64,000 nt of DNA from Actinomycetota bacterium (GTDB lineage: Bacteria; Actinomycetota; Coriobacteriia; Anaerosomatales; UBA912): the NCBI GenBank assembly GCA_018334075.1, contig JAGXSC010000044.1, positions 53-64,052 on the forward strand, given 5' to 3'. A program made the position numbers and the translations under genes. The notes beneath the pieces were generated by a model, which had not been told where the DNA came from, searched no databases, and saw only the letters and a list, made by a program, of their open reading frames with translations. Shown one piece after another: positions 18,864-29,278 of this stretch (within the stretch, counting starts at the first letter, position 1; each line of letters starts with the position of its first letter).

Positions 18864-20183
18864 GTGGGGCGAAGTGCGAAAGCAGAGATAGCTTGTATCG
18901 AGCCCGGGTCGCCAGCCGATGTGGCCGGCATCAAGGAAGGCGAACTCGTTGAGGCCGTCGATGGCCAGCCGGTTTCAGATATCCTGGATTGGCAGTGGCT
19001 TAGCGCCGACGACGAGATGGTCTTGACGCTAAGTGGCAAGGATCACTCCTCGCGGCTCGTGAATATTTCACGCCCGCCGGGGACTGGCTGGGGAATCGAG
19101 TTTTCCTCGGCGATATTCGATAGGGTGCGCACCTGCCAAAACGACTGCGTGTTTTGCTTCATAAGCCAGCTTCCCGCCGGGTTACGTGACTCTCTTTACG
19201 TCCGGGATGATGACTACCGCCTTTCGTTTTTGTACGGCAACTTTGTGACGCTGACGAACCTGACCGAGCTTGACGTCGAGCGAATCATCGAACAGCAACT
19301 TTCACCGCTCTACGTTTCCTTGCACTCCGCTGACGCTGCAGTGCGGGAAAGGATCGTCCGTACGCCTTGTGATCGCGCACTTGAGCGGGTCGAGAAGTTG
19401 CTAGCCGCTGGTATTGAGATGCACATTCAGATAGTGCTCGTTCCTGGCGAGAACGATGGCACCCATCTTGAGCAGACGCTTGACTGGCTTGAGCGCCTGG
19501 ATGGAGTTGTCTCCGTCGGGATTGTGCCTCTTGGTTATACGGCGCATCAAAGCCGCTTTAGTCGCTCATTCGAGGATCCGCTCGATGCCGCCCGTGTCAT
19601 TTCGCAGGTCGCACCAAGACAACACGTGAGAAGGATGCGCGACAAGATGACCTGGGTGTATCTCGCCGATGAGTTCTATTTGAACGCCTTGGCGCCCCTT
19701 CCCGAAGCCTTTTTTTACGATGATTTTCCGCAGTACGAAAATGGAATCGGTATCGCCCGAGCATTTGTCGATGATTTCGAGGCTGCTCGTGACAGGATAA
19801 CCGAATCCCTTGCGCTTCTACCTAAGCGCAACTCTATCAGCATCGTATCCGGGGAGATGGCAGCGGGTATCCTGGCTGACGCTTTTGAGAGTGCAGGCGC
19901 AGGCCAAAAAGTGCGTGTGCTTGGAGTTGCGAACAGGTTTTTTGGCGGCAACGTCAAGGTCACTGGGCTCCTGACCGGCCGCGATATAGTCGATGTAATC
20001 GCCGCGGACAACCCTGGAGGAGAGAGCGTCTATATCGTACCGAAGATCATATTCAACTCCGGCGGAGTGACGCTCGACGGCTTTACCGCCGATGATCTCG
20101 AATCGCTTGGCGACAAACGGGTAGCGTTTGTCTCGTCGGATTCACAGGGACTGCTGGAAGCCCTGGCGCTTGGTATCCGGTAG
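18864..20183 (+). CDS. PDZ domain + DUF512 radical-SAM-like protein
   Basis: N-terminal PDZ-like segment (GSPADVAGIKEGELV) and a CxxxCxxC motif (CQNDCVFC). Located upstream of der. Confidence 0.7.
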   Translation: MGRSAKAEIACIEPGSPADVAGIKEGELVEAVDGQPVSDILDWQWLSADDEMVLTLSGKDHSSRLVNISRPPGTGWGIEFSSAIFDRVRTCQNDCVFCFISQLPAGLRDSLYVRDDDYRLSFLYGNFVTLTNLTELDVERIIEQQLSPLYVSLHSADAAVRERIVRTPCDRALERVEKLLAAGIEMHIQIVLVPGENDGTHLEQTLDWLERLDGVVSVGIVPLGYTAHQSRFSRSFEDPLDAARVISQVAPRQHVRRMRDKMTWVYLADEFYLNALAPLPEAFFYDDFPQYENGIGIARAFVDDFEAARDRITESLALLPKRNSISIVSGEMAAGILADAFESAGAGQKVRVLGVANRFFGGNVKVTGLLTGRDIVDVIAADNPGGESVYIVPKIIFNSGGVTLDGFTADDLESLGDKRVAFVSSDSQGLLEALALGIR

Positions 20184-20331
20184 TGCCCCAAGCCAACCAA
20201 ACTCTAGCGCCGAGAAAAGAAGGTTATCTCTCCATAAATGGTATTCTGATCTTCTACCGGCGTTGATTTAGTGGCGCCGATATACCGGCAGACAGGTTCA
20301 CTCGGCTTACAGGATATTTGGTGATCTCACT

Positions 20332-21639
20332 ATGGCTTTACCGATAGTTGCGGTTGTAGGGCGCCCCAATGTGGGCAAATCCACCTTCGTCAACCGAATA
20401 GCTCAGGTAAACGACGCGATCGTGCACGAGATGCGAGGGGTCACGCGTGATCGCTCGTATTATCGAGCGGATTGGAACGGCAAGGACTTTTTGCTGATCG
20501 ACACCGGCGGTATCGAGACCGCCAAGGACGATCCGTTCGCGGAGTCTATTCGCACTCAGGCACTTGTGGCTGCGCAGGAGGCAGACGTCATTGTGGTGCT
20601 TGTCGATGGGCAGGTCGGAGTATTGGAGGGCGACGAGAGTGTTGCTCGGCTTCTGAAAAAGGCCGGCAAGCCGATATTTCTTGCGGTCAACAAGATGGAC
20701 ACTCCAGACAGATCCGACGAAGCGCACTTATTTTGGGGCCTGGGGCTCGGTCAGCCATGGGCGGTTTCGGCGACCCACGGTCACGGAACCGGCGATTTGC
20801 TTGACGCTATCGTCGAGGCGCTTCCGGAAGCAGTCGAAGATGACGACTCCGGCGCGATCAACGTCGCCATTATTGGCCGCCCAAATGCGGGCAAATCCTC
20901 GCTGCTCAACAAGTTGGCTGGTAGGGACCGTGCCATTGTCAGCGATGTAGCCGGCACTACCCGCGATGCGCTCGACATTCTTCTTGAGCGCGATGGGAAG
21001 AGTTATCGGTTTGTGGACACGGCAGGCATTCGCAGGAAGTCACAGATAGACCAGGATGTCGAGTACTACGGATTCGTTCGCGCCATGCGGGCGATAGACA
21101 GGGCGTCTGTTGCGCTGCTGGTGATCGATTCGACCATCGGGGTGACCGATGGCGATCAGCGTATCGCGCGATTCGCCGAGGAGCGGGGCACCGCGCTGGT
21201 GATTCTCCTCAATAAATGGGACCTTCTGGCCGACGACGAAGAGCGTGATGAGATTATTTTCGGGGTCAAGGAGAAACTGGGTTTCGTCAGCTACGCGCCT
21301 TACATTCGCATCAGCGCGCTCACTGGCGCCAAGGTTCACCGGATATTTACGGAGATCGACAAGGTCTATGCCTCATATACCCGAGAGATCTCAACGAGCA
21401 GCCTCAATCGCCTGCTTTCCGAGATGCGTGATTTTGGGCATACGGTAAGCAAAGGAGGGGTCGCGCTAAGAGTTCACTATGTGACGCAAACGCATGTCGC
21501 GCCGCCAGGATTCACCTTCTTTGCGAACCATCCCAAGTTGGCGGATGAATCCTTCAAGCGATATGTCGAGAATCGGCTGAGGGAAAGGTTCGAGCTCTCA
21601 GGTACGCCTGTCACTATCAAGTTCAAACCGAAGAGTTGA
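20332..21639 (+). CDS. der: ribosome biogenesis GTPase Der (EngA)
   Basis: Two tandem GTPase domains (GRPNVGKST; GRPNAGKSS) and a KH-like C-terminus. Confidence 0.94.
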   Translation: MALPIVAVVGRPNVGKSTFVNRIAQVNDAIVHEMRGVTRDRSYYRADWNGKDFLLIDTGGIETAKDDPFAESIRTQALVAAQEADVIVVLVDGQVGVLEGDESVARLLKKAGKPIFLAVNKMDTPDRSDEAHLFWGLGLGQPWAVSATHGHGTGDLLDAIVEALPEAVEDDDSGAINVAIIGRPNAGKSSLLNKLAGRDRAIVSDVAGTTRDALDILLERDGKSYRFVDTAGIRRKSQIDQDVEYYGFVRAMRAIDRASVALLVIDSTIGVTDGDQRIARFAEERGTALVILLNKWDLLADDEERDEIIFGVKEKLGFVSYAPYIRISALTGAKVHRIFTEIDKVYASYTREISTSSLNRLLSEMRDFGHTVSKGGVALRVHYVTQTHVAPPGFTFFANHPKLADESFKRYVENRLRERFELSGTPVTIKFKPKS

Positions 21640-21644
21640 CATCG

Positions 21645-22340
21645 ATGGATTTTATTCCGTTCGCAATAATTTCGGCTGTCTCATACCTTGTCGGCGGCGT
21701 TCCGTTCGCGCTTTTGGTCGGAAAGGTGTTTTACCGAACGGATATTCGCCAGCACGGCTCCGGAAATCTTGGGGCCACGAACGTCTTTCGCGTTTTGGGC
21801 TGGAAGGCGGGGCTTGCGGTATTCCTGCTTGATGCCGGTAAGGGTGCGCTGGCCGTCTCGGCCGCTTCCTTTTTGAGTCCCCATCCGCCGGGTGAGATTA
21901 TGCAAGATGTCACTTATATTATTGGCGCGATTATGGCGGTGCTAGGGCACTCCTACTCTCCATTCATACGCTTCAGGGGCGGCAAAGGTGTGGCCACCGC
22001 ATCTGGCGCACTGTTGATCATCACGCCGTTGGCGTGGCTTGTCATGCTTGTGGTGTTTATCGGAGTTGTCGCGGCAAGCAAGATGGTTTCTCTCGGCTCG
22101 ATTATCATCGCTACCATCTATCCGGCTTTATCTCTGTTGATTTACCCTGATCGCCCAGCCATATTCGTACTGGCTCTTATTACCGCAGCGCTTGTTATCT
22201 GGCGCCACAGGATGAATATTAAACGCATCATGAAAGGCCAGGAGAGTAAGATATTCGATAAAAGCACGCTGCTTTCCGCATCAGCCGAGGTCGAGCCTGC
22301 CGAAGTGAAAGTGGACGAAAGCGAAGACAGGGGGCAGTGA
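21645..22340 (+). CDS. plsY: glycerol-3-phosphate acyltransferase PlsY
   Basis: Membrane protein with the HGSGNLGATN motif. TTG 21636 is an alternative start. Confidence 0.9.
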   Translation: MDFIPFAIISAVSYLVGGVPFALLVGKVFYRTDIRQHGSGNLGATNVFRVLGWKAGLAVFLLDAGKGALAVSAASFLSPHPPGEIMQDVTYIIGAIMAVLGHSYSPFIRFRGGKGVATASGALLIITPLAWLVMLVVFIGVVAASKMVSLGSIIIATIYPALSLLIYPDRPAIFVLALITAALVIWRHRMNIKRIMKGQESKIFDKSTLLSASAEVEPAEVKVDESEDRGQ

Positions 22341-23356
22341 TGAACATCGCCGTTATCGGAGGAGGCTCCTGGGGCACGGCTGTAAGTTGGCTGCTTGCCT
22401 GCAAAGGCTATCGCGTGTCGCTTTGGACCCGTGAGGTCGAAATCGCTGAGGCGATAAACTCGACCGGGCGCAATCCGGTCTATCTGACCGGTGTCGAGCT
22501 CGGCTCATCCGTAAGCGCTACTTCTGACATGGAGAAAGCGCTTTTCGGGGTTGATGCTGCCGTTGTCGTGACCCCCAGTGTCGCCATGCGATCCGTCGCT
22601 GAGCGGATGACTCCACATGTCCCGCAAAGCATGCCCGTTATCGTTTTGTCCAAGGGGATAGAAGAATCAACGTTGATGCTCATGACCGAGGTGCTAGCAG
22701 ACGTTATGGGTAATCGCAATCGTTTCGCCGCCCTGTCGGGACCAAACCATGCCGAGGAAGTCAGCAAGGGCATTCCTTCGGCTACCGTTGTCGCCGCATA
22801 TGCGGACTCGGTCGCGCGCTACTTCCAGGAAATCTTCATGACCTCGGTGTTTAGGGTCTACACAAATCCCGATGTCACTGGAGTTGAGTTGTGCGGAGCC
22901 TCGAAAAATGTCATAGCGATCGCGGCGGGTATGTCAGATGGTCTTGGATATGGCGACAACACGAAGGCGACACTGATGACTCGCGGCCTCGCTGAGATGG
23001 CTAGATTAGGCGGCAGGCTCGGCGCGAATCCGCTTACATACATGGGACTTGCCGGGATCGGCGACTTGATCGCGACATGCACGTCAAGGCACAGCCGCAA
23101 TCGTGCGTTGGGGGAGCATGTGGCAAAAGGGGGCTCGGTGGAGTCGTTCACGGCCCAAACGCATATGGTTGCAGAGGGTGCTTTTAGCTGTGTGACGGTT
23201 GATGAGATTGCGACTCGAGAGGGGATAGAGCTACCGATAACTCGTCAGGTACGTGCCATCTTGCATCAGGGAGGCACCCTAAACGACGCAGCACGCTCTT
23301 TGATGGGGCGTGAAGCGCGCGATGAGTGGCATGGCATGGGTCTTGTGGAAGAGTGA
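22340..23356 (+). CDS. gpsA: NAD(P)H-dependent glycerol-3-phosphate dehydrogenase
   Basis: IAVIGGGSWGTA Rossmann motif and GASKNVIAIAAG. Confidence 0.92.
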   Translation: MNIAVIGGGSWGTAVSWLLACKGYRVSLWTREVEIAEAINSTGRNPVYLTGVELGSSVSATSDMEKALFGVDAAVVVTPSVAMRSVAERMTPHVPQSMPVIVLSKGIEESTLMLMTEVLADVMGNRNRFAALSGPNHAEEVSKGIPSATVVAAYADSVARYFQEIFMTSVFRVYTNPDVTGVELCGASKNVIAIAAGMSDGLGYGDNTKATLMTRGLAEMARLGGRLGANPLTYMGLAGIGDLIATCTSRHSRNRALGEHVAKGGSVESFTAQTHMVAEGAFSCVTVDEIATREGIELPITRQVRAILHQGGTLNDAARSLMGREARDEWHGMGLVEE

Positions 23357-23381
23357 GCCCGCCTCGCAAAGGTCTGCTATG

Positions 23382-23403
23382 ATGTACACAACTTTGTGTA
23401 CAT
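23382..23403. promoter_or_regulatory. 22-bp perfect palindrome (ATGTACACA-ACTT-TGTGTACAT) overlapping an extended -10 (TGcTATGAT)
   Basis: 9-bp arms with a 4-nt spacer at 23382-23403. TGC+TATGAT at 23375-23383. Lies 39 nt upstream of the AOS-family gene. Confidence 0.45.
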
Positions 23404-23441
23404 GCAAGTAATGGTTCGACCTTTCGAGCAAGGGGTATTCC

Positions 23442-24671
23442 ATGCGAGTAAACACTGTCGAACGTAAGGTATCAATCGATGATGGAATTTCGGCGCGAGT
23501 GGCCGCCCTTATTGAGCGTCGCGACTCACTAAAAAGCGCCAATCGCTATTTCTACCTGAAGGCAATCTCAGGCCCAACCAATAATCGTGTTCAGACCTCC
23601 GATGGCCGTGAGTATGTGATGCTGGCCTCCTACAGCTATCTCGGGCTGATCGGACATCCGAAAATCGATGCTGCGGCCAAGGAAGCGATAGGGGAGTATG
23701 GTACCGGCGCCGGCGGAGTCAGGTTGCTTACCGGCACCATGGAACTGCACGAGCAACTCGAAGCCAGAATCGCCAGGTTCACCGGCCGAGAAGATGCTTG
23801 CGTCTACTCCAGCGGCTACTCAACCAATATCGCGATCATCACCGGCTTGACCGGTCCCGGAGACCTTGTGCTCATGGACAAGCTCGATCACGCTTCGATA
23901 GTTGACGGCGCTTTGCTTTCGGGCGCCAAATGGAAAACTTATCGCCACAACGATATGGGCCATCTTGAGAAGCTGCTCGCCGAGGCCAAAGGCGCGTACA
24001 ACACGATCCTCGTGGTGGCTGACTCCGTCTTTTCGATGGACGGCGATCTGATGGATCTGCCGAGAACGGTAGAGCTTTGCCGGAAGTACGGCGCGAGACT
24101 GATGGTGGACGAGGCGCACTCCATCGGATCTTTGGGCGCTACAGGGCACGGAATCGAGGAGCACTTCGACATGCCTGGCGTGATCGACTTGAAGATGGGC
24201 ACTCTCTCCAAGGCTATACCCTCTGTCGGCGGCTATTTAGCCGCATCCCACGAGATCGTCGAGTATCAGCGCCATATGTCCCGGCCGTTTATATTCTCGG
24301 CAGCGCTTCCACCCGCGCAGGCAGCCGCCGCGATTGCGGCTTTCGACGTGATAGAAGATGAGCCCGAAAGAGTGACAGCTTTGCATCGAATCACCGAAAA
24401 ATACACAAATGGGTTGAAGGCCCAGGGCTGGAACACGATGGAGTCGGAGAGTTGCGTCGTCCCGGTTTTAATCGGAGATGAGGCCAAGACTATGGATTTG
24501 ACGAGAATGCTCTTCGACCGAGGTGTTTTTGTTTGCCCCATTGTCCACCCAGCGGTACCTCGCGGCATGGATCGTCTGAGGACTTGCCTTATGGCTACAC
24601 ACACTGAAGCCGACATCAAGCTGGCGCTCGAGGCGTTTCACGAGTCAGGCAAGAAGCTCGGGCTCATCTGA
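23442..24671 (+). CDS. PLP-dependent alpha-oxoamine synthase family acyltransferase (BioF/KBL/serine palmitoyltransferase-like)
   Basis: 409 aa with the PLP-lysine motif GTLSKAIPSVGGY, plus DEAHS and SSGY motifs. The N-terminal extension LIERRDSLKS resembles SPT-like members. Confidence 0.8.
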   Translation: MRVNTVERKVSIDDGISARVAALIERRDSLKSANRYFYLKAISGPTNNRVQTSDGREYVMLASYSYLGLIGHPKIDAAAKEAIGEYGTGAGGVRLLTGTMELHEQLEARIARFTGREDACVYSSGYSTNIAIITGLTGPGDLVLMDKLDHASIVDGALLSGAKWKTYRHNDMGHLEKLLAEAKGAYNTILVVADSVFSMDGDLMDLPRTVELCRKYGARLMVDEAHSIGSLGATGHGIEEHFDMPGVIDLKMGTLSKAIPSVGGYLAASHEIVEYQRHMSRPFIFSAALPPAQAAAAIAAFDVIEDEPERVTALHRITEKYTNGLKAQGWNTMESESCVVPVLIGDEAKTMDLTRMLFDRGVFVCPIVHPAVPRGMDRLRTCLMATHTEADIKLALEAFHESGKKLGLI

Positions 24672-24701
24672 TCTTTATTGGCCGCGCGATCTATTTAGCC
24701 G

Positions 24702-25586
24702 TCAGGTCATGCTTTCCATGATCTTTCGGATATCTCTTGGTCGCGCCGCTCGCTGATATCCGAGCGCCGTGGTTGAGGTGAGACCATCGGCATATGTCGG
24801 CGTGCCGGTTTCTCGGAAGTATATCCCCAGCGGCACCTGACACTCTTCAGGGGTGCACGTAAGTTCGTGAAAGGTCGTCATCGACAGCTGGAGCGCGGCG
24901 TTTCGATCGGATGTGTCCCAGCCCCGTTCATCGAGCCGGTAAACCCGTTCCTTGAACCACTTGAACGTGTTGAGCTTGTTCCATGTAACGCACGGCTGGA
25001 ACACGTCTACAAGCGCAAAGCCTTTGTGAGTAAGCGCTTGCTTGTATAGCTTCTTCAGATGTCCGATATCTCCAGCAAAGCCCCTGGCCACAAAAGTCGC
25101 GCCTTCGGCAAGCGCAAGTCCGATCGGGTTGACTGGGTTTTCCAGCACACCTTGTGGAGTTGAGACCGTCGGCATCAGCTTGTCTGTCGTAGGGGATGCC
25201 TGTCCTGTGGTAAGGCCGTATATCTGATTGTTGTGAGCGATACAGGTAAGGTTCACGTTTCGTCGTGCGCTATGAACGAAGTGGCCAAGGCCGAGCCCAT
25301 ATCCGTCACCGTCGCCCATCTCTACGATCACGTTCAGGTCAGGGCGGGTAAGCGCCAATGCTGTAGCGGGAGGCAGCGCCCGGCCGTGAAGCGCGTGCAT
25401 TCCCTGGACATCGAGAAAATCTGCTCCGTTCCCGTGACATCCAATACCCCATACTACGCTGAAGCTTTCTTTCTCCCACTCAAGCTCACTTATGGCGCGT
25501 TTCAGTGCTTCCCACATGCCGAAGTTTCCGCACCCAGGACACCACGTCGGCTTTTGGCTCGTGTTGAAGTCGCTTGCGTCTGGCAT
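24702..25586 (-). CDS. korB: 2-oxoacid:ferredoxin oxidoreductase beta subunit
   Basis: TPP-binding motif GDGDGYGLG and an N-terminal WCPGCG. Confidence 0.88.
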   Translation of the reverse strand: MPDASDFNTSQKPTWCPGCGNFGMWEALKRAISELEWEKESFSVVWGIGCHGNGADFLDVQGMHALHGRALPPATALALTRPDLNVIVEMGDGDGYGLGLGHFVHSARRNVNLTCIAHNNQIYGLTTGQASPTTDKLMPTVSTPQGVLENPVNPIGLALAEGATFVARGFAGDIGHLKKLYKQALTHKGFALVDVFQPCVTWNKLNTFKWFKERVYRLDERGWDTSDRNAALQLSMTTFHELTCTPEECQVPLGIYFRETGTPTYADGLTSTTALGYQRAARPRDIRKIMESMT

Positions 25587-27383
25587 TTATCCGATGACCT
25601 CCTTGACCCAAGTGACGATCTGTTCAGGAGAGAACGGCCGACCGTCATATCGTAGCAGCGTGTAGTCGACATCGAGCAGACAATGCTCCTTGACAAGACC
25701 GCGCAATTGGCCGGTCATGTTACCTTCGATTATCGCGGTTCGCTTTGCCGAAGTGATAAAGGAGCGCACCTCCTCGGCGGGAAATGGCCATACTGTCGTG
25801 ACCTGCATAAGGTTCACGGGCACTCCATCATCGGCGAGCCATTGTTGTGCCTGCATGGCGGGCATCTTCGTCGACCCGAAAAGCAGGATGGAAAGCTCGG
25901 TCTCATCAGGTCCGAAATAGGCCGGGGGAGGTACGATGGTTTTCGCGAGATCGAGTTTTCGCATGCGCTTCTCATTTTGCGCGATCCGGATATCGGCGAT
26001 TTCACCTCTTGCGCCCCAGCCGATCTCGTCATGCTCATAGGAGTTGACGATCTGCTGGGCGCCTTTTACGCCTGGGAGCGCCCGGATGCTCACGCCGCTT
26101 TCCGTCACCTTGTACCTGGCGTAGACGCCCTCCGCGTTTAGTGCATCGGGGTGCTTGGAGATGTCGCCCTCGGCGACAAACGAACCCCGCTTTATGGTGA
26201 CAGCTTCGGTGTCAAAGAGCGGTACCGTTGCGCGGTTATCGGAAAGATACGTGTCGCCGAGCAAAATGACCGGGGTTTGAAGCTCATCCGCGATGTTGAA
26301 AGCCCTCCATGTCATTTCGAATGCGTCTTGGTGGTCGCCAAAGGCTAGCACGACGCGTGGAAACTCGCCTTGTGATGCGTGGATAACGAAGCGAAGATCG
26401 GACTGCTCTGTCCATGTAGGCATCCCTGTCGCGGGGCCGGGTCGCGTGAAGACCCCGATTACACATGCGGTTTCGCTGACACCGGCGAACCCAAACCCTT
26501 CGACCATGAGCGAGAAGCCGCCGCCTGAGGTCGCGCACATCGACCGCGTTCCTCCAAAGGCGCCACCGATCACCATATTTACCGCTGCGATCTCGTCTTC
26601 GGTGTGCTTTACCACCACACCCTCGCTCTCGGCGTGTGCCGCCATGAGATGCAGCAAGCTTGAAGAGGGAGTCATCGGATAAGCGCAGTACAGGCCGATT
26701 CCTGCGGCCAAAGCGCCAAGGCAGACCGCCTCGTTTCCATCGAGCAGCATCCTCGGCTCTCGGCCTTCAAGCACTCCCAAGCGAAGAGGAAACCCGCACT
26801 CGCTTTCCTGTGCATACTCATAGCCCTTTCGGGCGACTTCGATATTCTGCTCGGTTATCGAAGGGTCTTTCCTTGCGAACTGCTGCTCTATGGAGGCTTG
26901 TAGAGCCTCGAAGGGAAAGTTCAGATACCCGAGAACAGCTCCCAAAGCCGCGACGTTTTTCATGATCGGCAGTCCACCAACGTCGCGGACGATCTTTGAG
27001 AAGAGGACAGGCACGATGCAATAGGAGCTCGGATCGAAGCCCGGCACCTGGATATCCGAGATATCGAAATCATCAGGATCGTAGATGATGGCGGCGGCCG
27101 GCGAAAGCTCCTCGGTGTGCAACTCAACGGTCAGGCGATCTAGTGCAACGAGAATATCGGTCGCGATCACATGGGATGCGATCGGGCTATCGCTGATTCG
27201 CAGGTGGTAGGTGTTGTGGCCGCCTTTGATGAGCGAGGGGTACTCGGTCAGATCGAAGGTTTCGTATCCCGATCTTGCGAAGACGCGAGCGAGCGATTGT
27301 CCGGCAGCTTTTATGCCAAAACCTGCGGGGCCACCCAGCCTAAGCCGAACCTCTGTTGTGTGCGCGTTGTCAGGCTGAAGCAA
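25587..27383 (-). CDS. korA: 2-oxoacid:ferredoxin oxidoreductase alpha subunit (gamma-like domain fused N-terminally)
   Basis: 598 aa. N-terminal GGPAGFGIKAAG (gamma-type domain) followed by the alpha pyrimidine-binding domain. Abuts korB with no gap. Confidence 0.85.
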   Translation of the reverse strand: MLQPDNAHTTEVRLRLGGPAGFGIKAAGQSLARVFARSGYETFDLTEYPSLIKGGHNTYHLRISDSPIASHVIATDILVALDRLTVELHTEELSPAAAIIYDPDDFDISDIQVPGFDPSSYCIVPVLFSKIVRDVGGLPIMKNVAALGAVLGYLNFPFEALQASIEQQFARKDPSITEQNIEVARKGYEYAQESECGFPLRLGVLEGREPRMLLDGNEAVCLGALAAGIGLYCAYPMTPSSSLLHLMAAHAESEGVVVKHTEDEIAAVNMVIGGAFGGTRSMCATSGGGFSLMVEGFGFAGVSETACVIGVFTRPGPATGMPTWTEQSDLRFVIHASQGEFPRVVLAFGDHQDAFEMTWRAFNIADELQTPVILLGDTYLSDNRATVPLFDTEAVTIKRGSFVAEGDISKHPDALNAEGVYARYKVTESGVSIRALPGVKGAQQIVNSYEHDEIGWGARGEIADIRIAQNEKRMRKLDLAKTIVPPPAYFGPDETELSILLFGSTKMPAMQAQQWLADDGVPVNLMQVTTVWPFPAEEVRSFITSAKRTAIIEGNMTGQLRGLVKEHCLLDVDYTLLRYDGRPFSPEQIVTWVKEVIG

Positions 27384-27489
27384 TCTGCGCCTCCAAATCG
27401 GTTGTTGTGAACAGTGAGATGATTCACACCTAACGCTATTATCCCCAATAAATTGCTTTGTGGGCGCATCTACATGCGATAATCAACCT

Positions 27490-28728
27490 ATGAGCGAATT
27501 CATTAACACCACAACCGATGCTGTTTCAGACCGCAAACCAACGGTTGTCTTCGGCGTGACCGGATGTATCGCCGCTTACAAGTCCGCCGAGATCGTTCGC
27601 AGGCTCGCAAGCGGCGGTGTAAATCTAAAAGCGATCATGACCGAGGCGGCCACACGATTTCTCGGCCCGCTTACTTTACGCACTCTTACCGGCAATCCTG
27701 TGGTTACATCGCTTTGGGATGACCCTGCCACCGCCGCCGTGTACCACGTCTCCCTGGCTCAGGAGGCAGATGTGCTCCTGATAGCCCCATGCACCGCTAA
27801 CGTGCTTGCAAAGCTCGCAGCCGGATATGCTGATGACATACTGACCGCAACCGCCTTGGCAACGACCGCGCCGATTATCATCGCGCCAGCTATGAACACG
27901 CGCATGTGGCGCGCAGAGGCCACAAGGGCCAACATCGACATCCTGCGCAAACGAGGCGTCATCTTCGTTGAGCCAGCACACGGCGAACTGGCTTGCGGAG
28001 AGATCGGCGAGGGAAGACTGGCTTCGCTGGAAGAGATTGAGCTTGCGGTACGCGCTGAAATCGAGAGGTCGCGTGATCTGGAGGGCTTTACGGTGCTGGT
28101 AACCGCGGGCCCGACATACGAGGCATTGGATCCAGTTCGCTTTCTCGGCAATCGCAGTAGCGGCCTTACCGGATATTTGATCGCCGAAGAAGCGGCTCGC
28201 CGAGGCGCCGAAGTCGTACTCGTGTCCGGTCCGACGGTACTACCGGAGCCTTATGGCGTTACGCTTGTTCGGGTTGAGTCTGCCGAGGAGATGCTTGCTG
28301 CCGCTTTGATCGCCAACGAGAGGGCGGATGTAGTGATAGCCGCCGCGGCTGTCGCCGACTATCGACCTTCTCGGCGAGTGGAGCAAAAGATCAAAAAATC
28401 CGAGGAGCAGTTCTCACTTGAGCTTGTTAGAAACCCAGATGTGCTCCAGGCACTTGCCGCTTCAAAGGGTGAGCGCTTCATCGTTGGGTTTGCTGCCGAG
28501 ACATCCGACATTATTGAGAATGCGCGAAAGAAGTTGAACTCGAAGTCTCTGGATATGGTTGTCGCAAACGATGTGTCCGACCCGAGGATCGGCTTTTGCA
28601 CTGCTGACAACAGGGTAGTTTTCGTGTATCCCATTGGTGAGAGCGTATTGCCACTCCTTCCAAAGAAGGTCATTGCTCGTGAGTTGATAGATGTTGTTTC
28701 AGCCAAATTTCGTGGAAAAGTGGGGTAA
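27490..28728 (+). CDS. coaBC: bifunctional phosphopantothenoylcysteine decarboxylase / synthetase
   Basis: GVTGCIAAYKS flavoprotein N-terminus and a CoaB C-terminal half. ORF-track start 27460 is less likely. Confidence 0.9.
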   Translation: MSEFINTTTDAVSDRKPTVVFGVTGCIAAYKSAEIVRRLASGGVNLKAIMTEAATRFLGPLTLRTLTGNPVVTSLWDDPATAAVYHVSLAQEADVLLIAPCTANVLAKLAAGYADDILTATALATTAPIIIAPAMNTRMWRAEATRANIDILRKRGVIFVEPAHGELACGEIGEGRLASLEEIELAVRAEIERSRDLEGFTVLVTAGPTYEALDPVRFLGNRSSGLTGYLIAEEAARRGAEVVLVSGPTVLPEPYGVTLVRVESAEEMLAAALIANERADVVIAAAAVADYRPSRRVEQKIKKSEEQFSLELVRNPDVLQALAASKGERFIVGFAAETSDIIENARKKLNSKSLDMVVANDVSDPRIGFCTADNRVVFVYPIGESVLPLLPKKVIARELIDVVSAKFRGKVG

Positions 28729-28731
28729 CTT

Positions 28732-29079
28732 ATGACATTTTCCGGCCCGGCAAAAAAGCTTTCGGTATATATCGGCGAAGCCGATGCGTATGACGGCAAG
28801 CCGCTCTACCAGGCGATGGTGGAGCAGGCGCGGATAGCAGGTTGCGCAGGCGCCACCGTTCTGCGGGGGGTCGTTGGATTTGGGGCTACCAGCAGAGAAC
28901 ATGCGAAGCATGGAATACGCATGTCGGTCGATCTACCGCTTATGGTTCAGGTAATCGATGCGCCGGACAGGATAACCGCTCTTGCCGAGGTCTATGGCGA
29001 GATGCTTTCCGATGGACTTATCATTGTCGAAGACGTAAATGTGCTCGTATATCGGGGAGGCATCACTGGCGGACCCTAG
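28732..29079 (+). CDS. DUF190 (UPF0166) PII-like small protein
   Basis: 115 aa; KLSVYIGEADAYDGKPLYQAMV...GATVLRGVVGFG is the typical DUF190 pattern. Confidence 0.7.
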   Translation: MTFSGPAKKLSVYIGEADAYDGKPLYQAMVEQARIAGCAGATVLRGVVGFGATSREHAKHGIRMSVDLPLMVQVIDAPDRITALAEVYGEMLSDGLIIVEDVNVLVYRGGITGGP

Positions 29080-29160
29080 CTTTAACTGAGCGTTATTGAA
29101 ATTACTCTATTGCCACTAGTGGTCATGCAACGTACCATGCATAGTTGCTGTTCATTCATT

Positions 29161-29237
<77 letters not shown>

Positions 29238-29278
29238 GAACTTTGACACGTGTTCAAAAGCCTTCCGAGGAGAAACTT

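Noticed and set aside
20184-20331. The 148-nt gap before der, inspected for an sRNA or riboswitch.
   Set aside because: Only weak, short complementarities were found. No promoter/terminator pair or known motif was recognised.
27406-27428. CRP-like inverted repeat TGTGA-N13-TCACA in the korA/coaBC divergent region.
   Set aside because: The spacer is 13 nt rather than the canonical 6, and 5-bp arms are expected by chance. No support for a CRP/FNR site.
28732-29079. The DUF190 gene as a marker for a fluoride-resistance unit (crcB plus a fluoride riboswitch).
   Set aside because: No crcB-like gene or riboswitch-sized leader is present. The gene sits 3 nt after coaBC.
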